Positions 49,103 to 59,578 of a stretch of 64,000 nucleotides of DNA are shown here, piece by piece. The position numbers were made by a program, and so were the translations under genes. Numbering within the stretch: position 1 is the first letter of the stretch; each line of letters starts with the position of its first letter. Source of the stretch: Candidatus Eiseniibacteriota bacterium (GTDB lineage Bacteria; Eisenbacteria; RBG-16-71-46; CAIMUX01; VGJL01); contig CAWBWI010000001.1 of the NCBI GenBank assembly GCA_963792585.1, positions 160,001 through 224,000 of the forward strand, in the 5' to 3' direction. Below the pieces are notes generated by a model, which saw only the letters and a program-made list of their open reading frames with translations, did no database searches and was not told the origin of the DNA.

Positions 49103-50170
49103 CTACTGGGGATAGTTAGGATCCCCAACGGTCCCAGGGACGTAGTCGCCGTGCGCAAGGTGCGCGGGTAGCGCCTCCATGGCAATGGAGATCATCTTGT
49201 AGTTGCCGTTATTCATAAGGTGCGCCACGGTGACCTTGGTCGGCATGATGTCGCCGCCGTGGTTCTGTACCCCCGTCTCGGCGTAGCCGACGAGTGTTGC
49301 CTGGCCCGTGGTCGTATCGATCCTCATGACTGGAGCATTGATAAAGCCCATGCACCAACTGAATCCCCGAATCGCCGATCCCCAGAGGACGTCGTTCCGG
49401 TCAAAGGCGATGTCCATCACCTCGATGTAGGGCCAATCTTCGGAACACTCATCGCCGGGGATGTTGTCCTGCGGCACCCCGATGATGTCACACACGAAGG
49501 TCGAGTGCCCGTCCGTCGTGTCGAGAAGGAAGAGCTTGTTTTCGCAGGTGGTCCAGCACCGATTCTGTGAGTCGAAGGCGAGATCCATCCAGCGACCTGC
49601 GAATTCGCCACCGGTCCCGTTACGGGTGTCGCCGACCTCTTCCGTTTCACCCGTAGCCTTGTTGACGCGCCAGAGGCTGTAGCCGCCCCACCAGCTTGCA
49701 CTGTCCGGGAACTCGGGCGGACCCACCGTAAAGCCGGTCTCGTACAGGACCCCGTTCCTATCGATGTCGGCCCCTGCGAAGATCAGAGGGTAGACCTGGT
49801 TCAGGTTTACCGGGGTGACCGCACCGGACTCCATGTCGATCCTCGCGAGAATCGAGGCGTTCTGACCCTCGTAGAAGGCCATCATGGCATAACAGGTGCC
49901 ATCCAGATCGAACGTATACCCAAACGTGCCTCCGTATGTCCCATCGATAATGGACAAGAGCGTTCCCCGACCCGTGCGGGTGTCGATCTTCTGAATATGC
50001 GTGCCATCAAGTGCCCAGCCGATAGTCCACAACTGGGGATGTCCGTTACCAACGGCCGGATTCCCCTCGACATCCGGCATCAGCGTATCCGGCGCGGAGG
50101 TCTCCTCAGCGCAGCCGGACACCAAGAGAAGCCCAAAGGACACTGCTACGATCAGCAGTAGAACTTTCAT
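49103..50170 (-). CDS. Lipoprotein, probable beta-propeller, with C-terminal AHLAHGD motif
   Basis: Lipobox LVSGC; repeated DLAFD/DIAFD strands; KVTVAH...ALPAHLAHGDY; AGGAGG SD. Confidence 0.8.
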   Translation of the reverse strand: MKVLLLIVAVSFGLLLVSGCAEETSAPDTLMPDVEGNPAVGNGHPQLWTIGWALDGTHIQKIDTRTGRGTLLSIIDGTYGGTFGYTFDLDGTCYAMMAFYEGQNASILARIDMESGAVTPVNLNQVYPLIFAGADIDRNGVLYETGFTVGPPEFPDSASWWGGYSLWRVNKATGETEEVGDTRNGTGGEFAGRWMDLAFDSQNRCWTTCENKLFLLDTTDGHSTFVCDIIGVPQDNIPGDECSEDWPYIEVMDIAFDRNDVLWGSAIRGFSWCMGFINAPVMRIDTTTGQATLVGYAETGVQNHGGDIMPTKVTVAHLMNNGNYKMISIAMEALPAHLAHGDYVPGTVGDPNYPQ

Positions 50171-50345
50171 GGGACTGTCCTCCTAGCGACAGAATCTCGG
50201 GTAGAATACAAGCACCCTGCCTCGACGCGCGAGGGGAGCTTAGTGGCTTCTTGATTGCCAGTCAAGCCCAGCCTTCACGCACAGCATGATGCGGCTTGCT
50301 GCGGATGGCACCACTCTCGAAACCAGGCCCTACGATCCGTCGTTG

Positions 50346-50420
50346 TATCCGCAGAAACGCATCCGTTTTGCGAGAGTGTGTGCGCGCGGCGAACTCCCTA
50401 TTCGTGAAGTGCATCGAGCG
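50346..50420. repeat. 75-bp dispersed non-coding repeat, copy B
   Basis: Matches 44424-44498; contains the near-palindrome CGCAGAAACG-CATC-CGTTTTGCG. Confidence 0.7.
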
Positions 50421-50600
50421 CACTTTTCTGACATGGGAGAGGGTCACTCGTTCGTCATGTGCCGAGCCGCATCACTCTGGTCCGCTGGACTTGGCTGCTG
50501 GGCGCGGGGTGCAGGGTAAGCGATCAACCGACGGAGTCCGCTGAATTGGGATGACCGGAGCCACGCCCGGTCTTCCCGGCAACCCTCGGCCGACATGAAG

Positions 50601-50637
50601 GGAGGCGATCCTCCACATTCGGGAGAGGATCGCCTCC
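50601..50637 (-). terminator. Hairpin downstream of a CTD-tailed gene, related to the 46.8/59.6 kb hairpins
   Basis: GGAGGCGATCCTC-N11-GAGGATCGCCTCC perfect 13-bp stem. Confidence 0.65.
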
Positions 50638-50671
50638 ACAACCCTTTACTCGATTCAGGGTGATCGCGTGA

Positions 50672-52870
50672 TCAACGCAGCAGGACAAGGGAGCGCGAGA
50701 GGCTCACGCCCGCGCCGAGGACGCGGGCCCGATAGATGCCGGCGCTGACGCGATTGCTGCCGTCATCGAGGCCGTCCCAGGCGATGACCTGCTCCCCGGC
50801 GTTGAAACCGCCGTCGCGCAGCGTCCGAATCAGACGTCCGGAAACGTCGTAGATGCCGATCCTGAGGTATGTGGCGCGCTCGAGATCGAAGCGTAATGTT
50901 GTCGTTCCCCGATGCGGATTGGGGGACGCGGAGAGGAGACGGACCCCGGCCGACGAAGTCGCGAGGACCTCTTCGCTCTGCCCGGTGGGCGAAGTTCCGA
51001 GGGCGGTGGGGAGTTGGCCGCGGAGCGAGCTACCAAGCGCGAAGTACTCGTATGCGCCCATGTCCACGATCTCGTTCACATTGCGCGCATACCCGTCGAG
51101 GTCCGTCTCACCCTGATCCGGATCGAACAACGGGTCGACCGCATCCACACACGGCGATCCACCGGTGAGGTGGTACGGGTAGATCGGATCGTTCAGGAAT
51201 GCGGGGGACTGAGGCACGATGTTGTTCGTCCAGGTGAGTGTGCCGTTTCCCCCTTGCCCGCTCACGCCACCCATTCCGCCTTCCACGTCGCACCAGTCGA
51301 CGAGGAGGCTGTATGCTTGGGCCGCCTTGCGATTGAGAGCCATCTCCGCCCCGGCGGGAGCACTGTCATCCCAGAAGATGCTGTTCCGTACGACCGTGCC
51401 GATGCCGGAATCGTATAGCCCCCCGCCTTCGACGGAGGCGGTGTTTCCGACGCTCGTGCAGTTTCGGAACAGCACTTCGCGAGTGGCCGACCCAGTCGCG
51501 GCCAGCACGGCCGCACCGCCGCCGAACCCCTGACCCCCGCCGATCCCGCTCGCCGAGTTACCGTTGAAAAGGCAGTCCAGAACCTGAAGCGGCGGCCCCG
51601 AGGAGCTGTTGTCCCCCAGATAGAAGAGACCGCCCCCCTTGCCGGAGGCGGAGTTCCCCAGGAACTTGCACCGCGTGATCAGCGCGCCTGAGTTCCACGC
51701 GAAGATCCCCCCGCCCCGCTGCCCGGCGTTTCCGATGAGGATGCAATCGCGAACAATCCCCGAAGTCTGCGGCCCCAGGTAGATCGCCCCACCATCGCCC
51801 CCCGGCGCCGAGCCGGCCAGGATCGTGAACCCCGCGAGGATTGACTCGGAGGTCTGCTGCTGGTTCATGCGGAATCCACGGCCCGCCAACGCGCAGTTGA
51901 TGAAGCACGTATCCGGCCCATTCGCGCTCCGAATCGTCAGGGGGAAGTTGGGGAAGTCGATGTCGACGTTCCCCACCCCCGTGTAGGTTCCATCACGGAT
52001 GACGATCTGCCAATACGGCGAAGAGTGATCCACCGCGTCCTGGATCCGGTGGTACGGGCGTTCGTAGGTGCCGTCCTCGGTTTCGTCGATGAAGTCATCT
52101 ACATACAGGACCGGTGGTGGGACGAACGTATAAATGATGTAGGTGGTTGTGTCGTGGTAGTCGTTGGGATCGCTCGTCTCATAGGGAGGTGGAGCGGTTA
52201 CTTCCTCGAGGTCGGTCCGACCGTCGTCGTCCGTGTCCATGTCGTACGGATTCGTGCAATGCACGAACATCTCCTGATAGTCGTTCAGGCCGTCCCCGTC
52301 ATGGTCGAGCGTCTGCAGAACCGAGTCGCTCGGGCGGTTGAGGATCACGAACGAGTGGAGATGCTCGGGCGCGATCGGGACCTCGGGGTGTTCACCGTGG
52401 AAGGACACCAGCAGCCGTCGCATGTCCTCCCCGACGAATGCCTCTTCCGCCGGCAGCTCGACCTGGATCAAGTAGTAGGAGTCGACCTTGGTGATTGCGT
52501 CGGTCTTGAGCCTCACGTGCGCGTTGCCGTTTCCGCCTCCTGGATTCGCCCAGGAGAACTGGAAATCCTGGAGGGGGGGATCCTGGATCGTGGAGCGGAC
52601 CCAGACATGGTAGAAGACGCTCGAGAGGTTGTGGTTTCCGAAGTAGTTCGCACCTTGGTCCATATAGAAGTTGACGAAGTCGGAGCAGGAAACTGTAGAG
52701 GCCGTTCGAGAAGGATCGCGGAAGAGAGACCCCGCGTCCTGACGGGGTCGGTTCGCCTCGTTGCGCAGGTAATAGAGCCCACCTACGTCGGTGGCGAGCG
52801 CTGCGGTTGCGAAGATCTCACCTGCTAGGGTGAGGGAAAATGCTACAAGGATGGGATGAAGTCCTTTCAC
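50672..52870 (-). CDS. Secreted protein: Ca-binding DxDxDG repeats, right-handed beta-helix, choice-of-anchor-Q-like segment, FlgD-Ig/CTD tail
   Basis: GTG after AGGAGG; DHDGDGLND...DTDDDGRTD; PYHRIQDAVD; GGAI/FxGN repeats; GSPCVDA...DMGAYEY; PNP...YDVSGRLIR...WDG. Confidence 0.85.
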   Translation of the reverse strand: MKGLHPILVAFSLTLAGEIFATAALATDVGGLYYLRNEANRPRQDAGSLFRDPSRTASTVSCSDFVNFYMDQGANYFGNHNLSSVFYHVWVRSTIQDPPLQDFQFSWANPGGGNGNAHVRLKTDAITKVDSYYLIQVELPAEEAFVGEDMRRLLVSFHGEHPEVPIAPEHLHSFVILNRPSDSVLQTLDHDGDGLNDYQEMFVHCTNPYDMDTDDDGRTDLEEVTAPPPYETSDPNDYHDTTTYIIYTFVPPPVLYVDDFIDETEDGTYERPYHRIQDAVDHSSPYWQIVIRDGTYTGVGNVDIDFPNFPLTIRSANGPDTCFINCALAGRGFRMNQQQTSESILAGFTILAGSAPGGDGGAIYLGPQTSGIVRDCILIGNAGQRGGGIFAWNSGALITRCKFLGNSASGKGGGLFYLGDNSSSGPPLQVLDCLFNGNSASGIGGGQGFGGGAAVLAATGSATREVLFRNCTSVGNTASVEGGGLYDSGIGTVVRNSIFWDDSAPAGAEMALNRKAAQAYSLLVDWCDVEGGMGGVSGQGGNGTLTWTNNIVPQSPAFLNDPIYPYHLTGGSPCVDAVDPLFDPDQGETDLDGYARNVNEIVDMGAYEYFALGSSLRGQLPTALGTSPTGQSEEVLATSSAGVRLLSASPNPHRGTTTLRFDLERATYLRIGIYDVSGRLIRTLRDGGFNAGEQVIAWDGLDDGSNRVSAGIYRARVLGAGVSLSRSLVLLR

Positions 52871-53089
52871 CGTGACACCTCCTGTGATGGGACGGGGGGT
52901 CAGTTCAACCAAGCTCCAGAGGATCACGCGGGCCGGAGAGGGGCTGGGTACAGGGACCGCACCCACCGCGGGGTTTCCCAGCCGGCGTCCCTCGGCCGGC
53001 CGCGCCGCATCCTAAGGCTCGGCGCGGAACAGACAGAATGTGATCTAGCTCGCGAGCGCAGATCCGAAGCGCGCTCGACTGCTTCCGAG

Positions 53090-53105
53090 AGCAATCACCA
53101 TGCCA
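53090..53105 (-). promoter_or_regulatory. Sigma54 (-24/-12) promoter
   Basis: TGGCAT-GGTGA-TTGCT on the minus strand, facing the 52870 gene. Confidence 0.7.
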
Positions 53106-53163
53106 CGCACGCTGAACCGGGAGTCCGCTTTGGACGCGGGATTCCGCGCTGATCGCGGATCGG

Positions 53164-53191
53164 ATCGCACGGAATTGTGCGATTTCGCACA
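53164..53191. promoter_or_regulatory. Overlapping palindromes, candidate enhancer-binding-protein sites
   Basis: ATCGCAC-N6-GTGCGAT and TGTGCGA-TT-TCGCACA, about 60-85 bp upstream of the sigma54 box. Confidence 0.55.
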
Positions 53192-53350
53192 TGGGGTGTT
53201 CGCGATCGCACGCGGCTCCGTCCAATGGCCGGACGCTCTTGGTCGTCTGCTCGGGTGGAGGTCTGGGACGCGTTCAACGATTCGTGATGGCACGGGTCCT
53301 ACGCCCGCTCACCCCGCTCACCCAAGCCCTACACGCCCGGCCCGCGCTCG

Positions 53351-53359
53351 TGGTACAAT
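53351..53359 (+). promoter_or_regulatory. Extended -10 element for the FG-GAP gene
   Basis: TGgTACAAT about 90 nt upstream of ATG 53448. Confidence 0.5.
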
Positions 53360-53447
53360 CCATGCGCCTTCGATCACGCGGATTCGATGGAGAGGAGTCT
53401 TCCTGTGAGAACCGCGATGGGCGGGACGGTGATTGCGAGGTGGTGAC

Positions 53448-56049
53448 ATGAGCCGACGCAGATCCGAACCGCGAGTGATGATTACTGAGCGGCTCGGTTC
53501 ATATCTCATTCTGTCTGTCCTATGCCTCTCGCTCCTTTGTCTCCACATCCATCACGCCCATGCAGGGGCTCTCCCGTTTCAGAACCTCGAGTGCCCGCTT
53601 CTTGTCGGAAGCACGGATGTCGAGTCCATTGACATCGGAGGAGATGGGATTACCGACTTCGTGTGCGTGGGTAGGTTCGTCTTTGCGGGAGCGACACGAC
53701 TCGACAGCCCCATACCGCCGATCACCGAGATGGTCCACGTCATCATCCGCAACCGCGGGGGGGAGTGGCGGTCCGCGCAGTCATTTTCCGCCAACGGGAA
53801 CGTGGAGAGCCTCTGCGTGTCCGATATGAACGACGACGGACTCGACGACCTGCTCCTGGTAACGCGGGTCTACCCGATCCTCACGCTTGCCTGCTACCTG
53901 CAGGCGCCCGACGGCACGCTCGTACCGGGTGCAGACATGATCCTCTCAGGAGAGGATCGGACCCGCTACCCTTTGCCGATCGGAGACCACTCCGGCAGGG
54001 TTCTCGTTCTCAACACGGGGTTCTCTGCCCAGGAACCGGCGCTCGTCGGGGAGCTCCTCCAGTTCGAGCCGGCAAACGGCTTCCGGAGTCTGTGGACGGA
54101 TTCCCTTCGGGCGAGCTTCGGGTGGCTGCGCGCGGACACCGCCGACATCCTTCCCACGCAATCGGGTGGGATCGTGATCACGACGGGGAGCATGCCATTA
54201 GGAATCTGCGTCGGCATCCCGATGGGGTCCGATGGATGGGGCGAGCCGTTTCAGCTTCCCTTGCAGTATCGTGACGCGGACGAGCTCCTGATCCTGGAAC
54301 GCAACGGCCGAAGCGAGGCATGGTGCTGGCTCGCCTCCTCCATCGACACCCTGCGGATGATGTCTCTCGTAGGGGACGGCGAAGGGCTCGAGGTGACGGC
54401 GATGCCGATCGCCGGCATGAGCCCGGATTCGCTGACCAACACGTTCAACGGGGCATGCGCGCGGGACTCGTCTGCCTACTTCTGGTACACGTGGAATGAC
54501 ATCGCTGAGCAGTCCTTCGTGAGCGTGATCGAAGTGTCGCCGACGAACGACGTGTCGGTGGTGTCCCGCTGGCCGAAACCGCCTGGGAGTGCGCTCCGCA
54601 TGGCACTTCGCGCCGACGCTGAACCCGAACTGGTGTGGGCAGGGCAGGGAGGCAATCTCACGGTGCCGGTCCTGACCGGACCGCCCGGCCGGGCGCCGGA
54701 TCGCGCGATCCCCATACAGGGATCGCTAGCCTGCGCCGACTTCAATGGCGACGGATTCCCCGATGTCGTGACGGAGGCCAATTCGGCGGGCATTCCCGAC
54801 ACGATCCAGCTGCTCATGGGGCTGGGTCGATCTCCATGGTTCGGGGATGCGGCCGCGATCGGCGCCTTCGATTACGTCGGGGGTGGTTGCGCCGCCGATC
54901 TGGACGGCGACGGCGACACGGATGTGGTGCTGGCGGCCCTGGACTACACGGATTCGTCCACGTCGTTCGTCCCGGCATTCTGGGACGGCGCGTCGCTGCG
55001 ATGCCGGGAGGATCGCAAAGTCGCCGCTTGGAGCCGGGTCGAAAAGTTCTACATCGGGGACTTTGACCGGGATTCCCGCCCCGAGGTCCTCGGGGTGTGG
55101 ACGAACCTGGCGGCGTTGTTCGAGTGGACCCCGGACCAGCAGCCGCTCCCGCGTGTCAACATCCGGATGCCCGACCACACCAAGGTGGTTGGCGTCGGCG
55201 ATCTGGACGGCGAGCAGGGTGAGGAGATCGTCACGACCAGCCGGATCTCCTCTTCGAAGGTCAGCCTCGAGGTGAGGAAGTTCGATCCCGCCGCGGGCGC
55301 GCTCTCCGAGCCCCTGGCGAGCTGGGAAGCTGCCGATGGTTTCGGATTGGTGGCAGACCTCGACGGCAGGGGCGAACCGGGCGTTTGCTGGTTCGGCCGG
55401 GAGAGCGTGGAGTACGTGAGACTCGAGCGCCCGAGCGCGCGGCCCGTGGGCCGTATCTCTCTACCGCTCCCCTTGCTCTGGGGTTACGCGGAGGCTTCCG
55501 CGCGGGACATCGACGCCGATGGTCGGACGGATATCGTCATTCAGGGAGTCGGGGCACAGGGACGCTTCGAGGTGATTCTGGATCCGCTGGGAGAGCCCCT
55601 GGACCGGGTTCTCACGTTCGATGATGAGCCGGCGCTCCATCGCGCTGTTTCCATCCAGGTCCCTGGTTGGGTGGATCTGGATCGGGATGGCGATCTGGAC
55701 CTGGTGGCTGCCCGCGAAGATGGTTTCTACGTCATGCCCAACGAGGCTTTGAAATTCTGGAGACGAAGCGCCACGCCTGCTGTGGGTGCGCCCGACGTCG
55801 TCGAACCCATGTCGAGACGCGGTGCGCTTCGCAGTACGGCTCGATGCGGGAGGCGCTCTCTCCGTCGAGATGTTCGACGCGGTGGGTCGGAGGGTTTGGC
55901 AGGAGAGCCGTGGGGCTCCGGCGGACCATTGGCTAGAGATCCGGGCCGATCGGCGAGCAGGGCGGAGGCCCCTTCCCTCGGGGGTTTACTTGCTTCGCTT
56001 CGGGGTGAACGGCAAATCCGACGTGCGCCGTGTTGTCTTCGTGGACTAG
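53448..56049 (+). pseudogene. Secreted FG-GAP/VCBS repeat protein whose CTD tail lies in the +1 frame (frameshift about 55753)
   Basis: Many DxDGDGxxD repeats. Deleting one A in TTGAAATTCT joins it to NSGDEAPRLLWVRPTSSNPCRD...FDAVGRRVW...PSGVYLLR...VVFVD. Confidence 0.8.
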
Positions 56050-56303
56050 GGAACCTCCTCACCGAGATTGCGAGTCGGCGCCGCGATGACCGATCCACGG
56101 ATGCGTGAAGAAAGGGTGTTGGATCGGGCATGGCCACGATCTGAAGAATTTCTCCGTGGATGCGCGGCGCTGCCAGCCCGGGACCCTGCAATCATCTGCT
56201 GAGGCGGCAGATCCCTGGGTCAGCCTTCTTGTGCGGCGACCAGGAAGAGAGCGAGCTTCCTCCACTACATATGCGCCTACCGCCCCTCGCGGGAGTATAC
56301 TCA

Positions 56304-56499
56304 TTCCGCCTTCAACTACGCGGACGCGACCGGAACGGCATTCACCGTGAGAGCCGCGAGCTTGATCCCGCTGATTTCCGATGAGTCCGAGCAGCGGAAC
56401 GGGTGATCGTCCGTTCACCCGAGATCACCAATCCGCTTGAACGCTTGGCGTCCTGCTGCTGCTAGGAGGCGACTGGGACAAAGGGAAAGGGGCCGCCCG
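56304..56499 (+). ncRNA. Conserved structured 196-nt 5' leader, copy 1 (candidate cis-regulatory RNA)
   Basis: Begins just after TATACT (56296-56301); 189/196 identical to 59970-60165; several alternative stems. Confidence 0.55.
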
Positions 56500-59400
56500 A
56501 TGAAGAATCAAGGGTCGTTGCGGATCGGATGCCTCTGTTTGGGTCTCTGCTTGATCTTCGTGATGCTCTGCCCGGCAGTTGGAATTGCCGGCTCGCCGAC
56601 GCTTGCGACCACTCATCGCGGAAGCGGGCCGCCGGCGGTGTTGCTCGGGGATAGGGATGGATGGTGGGACGAGCCTCCGGACCTCAACGGAGTGGCGCTG
56701 AGCTCGGAGATCGTCTCCATGTTTGGGTTCGAGACCGAAGTCGCAAACGACTTCCATTCTTCAGCGCAAACAACCATCTTTGAGGCCGTGTGGTGGGGAG
56801 CATACTACAACGACGATGGAACCGGTCCAAACGTCACTGCATTCAACTTACGATTCTACGATGACGCGGGTGGCGTTCCGGGCTCCATCGTAGCCGAGTA
56901 TCTCGAGTCTGTCCCGACGGACACGTTCACCGTAGGTCAGGGCATCGAGGGACCCGTCTACGAGTACCATGCTGCCGTGTCGGCCAATATCGGAGAGGGA
57001 ACATACTGGTTCTCGGTCCAAGCATGCGACCACGTGTTCCCGCAATGGGGTCGCCTTTCAGCGGGCCATGTGACCGGCTACGAGTCTACGTTCCGTTCGG
57101 AGTACTTCGGGTACCCAAACTGGACTCGTAGTGTGGATGTTTTTGGAGTCGCCATGGACGCGAGTCAGCGGTTCTATACAGATCCACCGATTCCCGGAGC
57201 GTGTTGCTTCGTCGATCTGCATTGCGCGTCACTCGTGTCGCAGAATTGCATGCAGCTCGGGGGTGTATTCCAGGGACCCGGGATCCCCTGTGACCCGAAT
57301 CCTTGCCCGTCCATTCCGATGGCATGCTGTTTCCCCGAAGGGCATTGCGAGCTATTGCCTCAGGCTGCCTGCGATGAAGTCGGGGGGTCATCGGGTATCG
57401 GATTGAGCTGTGACCCAAACCCCTGTCCCCCCCCATCGATGGCATGCTGCTTGCCGGATGGGACCTGTGATTTCATCAGCGAGAGCCGTTGCCGATCGCG
57501 GGGTGGAACGCCCCTCGGATACCCGAGCACCTGTGATCAAGCTTCCTGTCCGCAAGGCGGCGCATGCTGCAATCCAGCAACAGGACACTGCATGGTGGTA
57601 ACCGAAGACCTGTGCACGTCTCCGAGTGTCTGGATGGGTGTGGAAACGACCTGCGATCCGAATCCGTGCCCTCAGCCAACCGGTGCATGCTGCAATCCGA
57701 CCACGGGCGAGTGCATCGTGACCATGCAAGCGGACTGCAGCCACGACTGGCAAGGCGCGTGGACGACCTGTGCGCCGAATCCTTGTCCGCCGCCGACCGG
57801 CGCGTGCTGCAATCCGACCACGGGCGACTGCGCTGTGACAGCGCAGTCGAGTTGTGGCTACAACTGGCACGGGGTGGGGACGACGTGCACGCCGAATCCC
57901 TGTCCACAGCCAGGCGGCACAACCTACTACGTGCGCACCGACGGAGGCGGACCCTCGCCACCCTATTTCCCGACGATCCAGGCGGCGATCGACTACGTCA
58001 ACCTTGAGACCGGAGACGTGATCGAGCTGATCGGCACACCCTTCACCGGCGTGGGGAACTGCAACGTGAACTTCAACGGAAAGTTGGTCACGGTCCGATC
58101 CCAGGGGGGCGACCCCGATCAGTGCGTCATCGACTGCGGGGGAACCCACGGATTCGTCTTCCAGTCCGGGGAAGACAACCGAGCCGTGCTCGAAGCAATC
58201 ACGATATCCGGCGGATATATGGAGTCCGGGCACGGCGGCGGAATCAACATCTCCTCCTCCTCACCGTGGATCAAGGCCTGCAAGATCATCCACTTCACGA
58301 TCGACCATCAAAGCCGGGGTGGAGGCGTCTACTGCGGTGCCTCGGCCTCTCCCCTATTGACCGACTGCACGATCTCGGACTGCACCTTGGGAAGTAGTCG
58401 GTATCCGGTAGGACTCGGTGGGGCGGGGATCTATAGCGACGAATCGTCGATCCTGACGATGCGGAACTGCGTTGTCACCGGCAACTACGTGTACTCAAAT
58501 GCAAACGCAATCGGGGGTGGCATCGCCTGCTATGACGGAGATATCTCCGGATGCACCATCGACTCCAACCATGCGCTTTACGGTGGTGGGATCTACTGTG
58601 CGGCGGGAGTCATCGCGGGTTGCGACATTCGAGGCAACAGAGGGGGTATGGGTGCGGGAGGAGTGCAGGCCGGCTTCAATACGACGATTCAGGACTGCGT
58701 GATCGCCGACAATCACGGTGACGTCGGTGGAGTCGTGGGGGACAGCCTGACGATCGCAGGTTGCACGATCAGCGGTAACCGCGGCAGCCCGGGTGGGATC
58801 CGGGGAAGCAATCTCCAAGTCAACGACTGTGTCATCACGGGCAATATGGGCTACTCTGCCGCCGGGGGGATTGAGGTCGCGAGTTCGAGCATCATCAGCT
58901 GCACCATCAGCAGCAACTGCTCGGACAACGAGAATGGGACGGGGGGGCTGTCCGGAACCGATACGCAGGTGAGCCAGACCGTCCTTTGGGGGAACACGAA
59001 CCCAAGCAACCCGCTGGGCCACGAGTCGGTCGGCGAGAACCTGACCCTCAGCTGCTGCGATTTCGATCCATTAGGCATGAGCGGCAGCATCACCTATCTC
59101 GGTCCGCAGATGTACGCGGACCCCTTGTTTTGTGCTCCTGAATCATGCGAACCCCCACCCGAGGGAGGGGACTACACCGTCCGATCCGACTCCCCCTGCC
59201 TGCCCCAAGGCAACTACTGCGATCTCTTGATCGGAGCGCTCGGCCAGGGGTGTCTTGCCCCCGCAGGCATCGAGGATCACGTGGTTGAGGCGACGCTCGG
59301 TCTGATGCCGGGGAGGCCCAATCCGTTCGCCGATCAGACGATGATCGTGTTTGGTCTCGCGAAGGAAGCAGTGATCGATCTCGCAATCTACGATGTGAGC

Positions 59401-59571
59401 GGCCGGTGCGTGCGACGGCTCACTTCGAGAACGCAGTATGCGGCCGGAGTTCATCAGATGATCTGGAAGCGCAACGACGACGCAGGACGAATCCTCCCCT
59501 CAGGCGTTTATGTCTGTCGGCTTCGTATGGGGGGAGAGGTGCAATCGAGCCGTCTGATCGTGCTGCACTGA
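56500..59571 (+). CDS. Modular secreted protein, paralog 1: shared N-domain, 6 GACC repeats, beta-helix, CTD tail
   Basis: Signal peptide; DGWWDEPPDLNG...ANDF...WWG...FNLRFY; GACC repeats 57196-57903; FPTIQAAID, GGGI repeats; PNPF...YDVSGR...SGVY. Confidence 0.88.
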   Translation: MKNQGSLRIGCLCLGLCLIFVMLCPAVGIAGSPTLATTHRGSGPPAVLLGDRDGWWDEPPDLNGVALSSEIVSMFGFETEVANDFHSSAQTTIFEAVWWGAYYNDDGTGPNVTAFNLRFYDDAGGVPGSIVAEYLESVPTDTFTVGQGIEGPVYEYHAAVSANIGEGTYWFSVQACDHVFPQWGRLSAGHVTGYESTFRSEYFGYPNWTRSVDVFGVAMDASQRFYTDPPIPGACCFVDLHCASLVSQNCMQLGGVFQGPGIPCDPNPCPSIPMACCFPEGHCELLPQAACDEVGGSSGIGLSCDPNPCPPPSMACCLPDGTCDFISESRCRSRGGTPLGYPSTCDQASCPQGGACCNPATGHCMVVTEDLCTSPSVWMGVETTCDPNPCPQPTGACCNPTTGECIVTMQADCSHDWQGAWTTCAPNPCPPPTGACCNPTTGDCAVTAQSSCGYNWHGVGTTCTPNPCPQPGGTTYYVRTDGGGPSPPYFPTIQAAIDYVNLETGDVIELIGTPFTGVGNCNVNFNGKLVTVRSQGGDPDQCVIDCGGTHGFVFQSGEDNRAVLEAITISGGYMESGHGGGINISSSSPWIKACKIIHFTIDHQSRGGGVYCGASASPLLTDCTISDCTLGSSRYPVGLGGAGIYSDESSILTMRNCVVTGNYVYSNANAIGGGIACYDGDISGCTIDSNHALYGGGIYCAAGVIAGCDIRGNRGGMGAGGVQAGFNTTIQDCVIADNHGDVGGVVGDSLTIAGCTISGNRGSPGGIRGSNLQVNDCVITGNMGYSAAGGIEVASSSIISCTISSNCSDNENGTGGLSGTDTQVSQTVLWGNTNPSNPLGHESVGENLTLSCCDFDPLGMSGSITYLGPQMYADPLFCAPESCEPPPEGGDYTVRSDSPCLPQGNYCDLLIGALGQGCLAPAGIEDHVVEATLGLMPGRPNPFADQTMIVFGLAKEAVIDLAIYDVSGRCVRRLTSRTQYAAGVHQMIWKRNDDAGRILPSGVYVCRLRMGGEVQSSRLIVLH

Positions 59572-59578
59572 TACGGGA

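Noticed and set aside
50244..50259. GG-N10-GC sigma54-like box readable on both strands
   Set aside because: The better match points away from any gene start, and the minus-strand match lacks TTGC.
55747..55753. RF2-like CTT-TGA frameshift site in the FG-GAP gene
   Set aside because: CTT TGA is in the downstream frame, not the incoming one, so the prfB mechanism does not apply.
56378..56405. Hammerhead-like CCGATGAG-stem in the conserved leader
   Set aside because: The core deviates (CCGA instead of CTGA) and no GAAA follows the stem.
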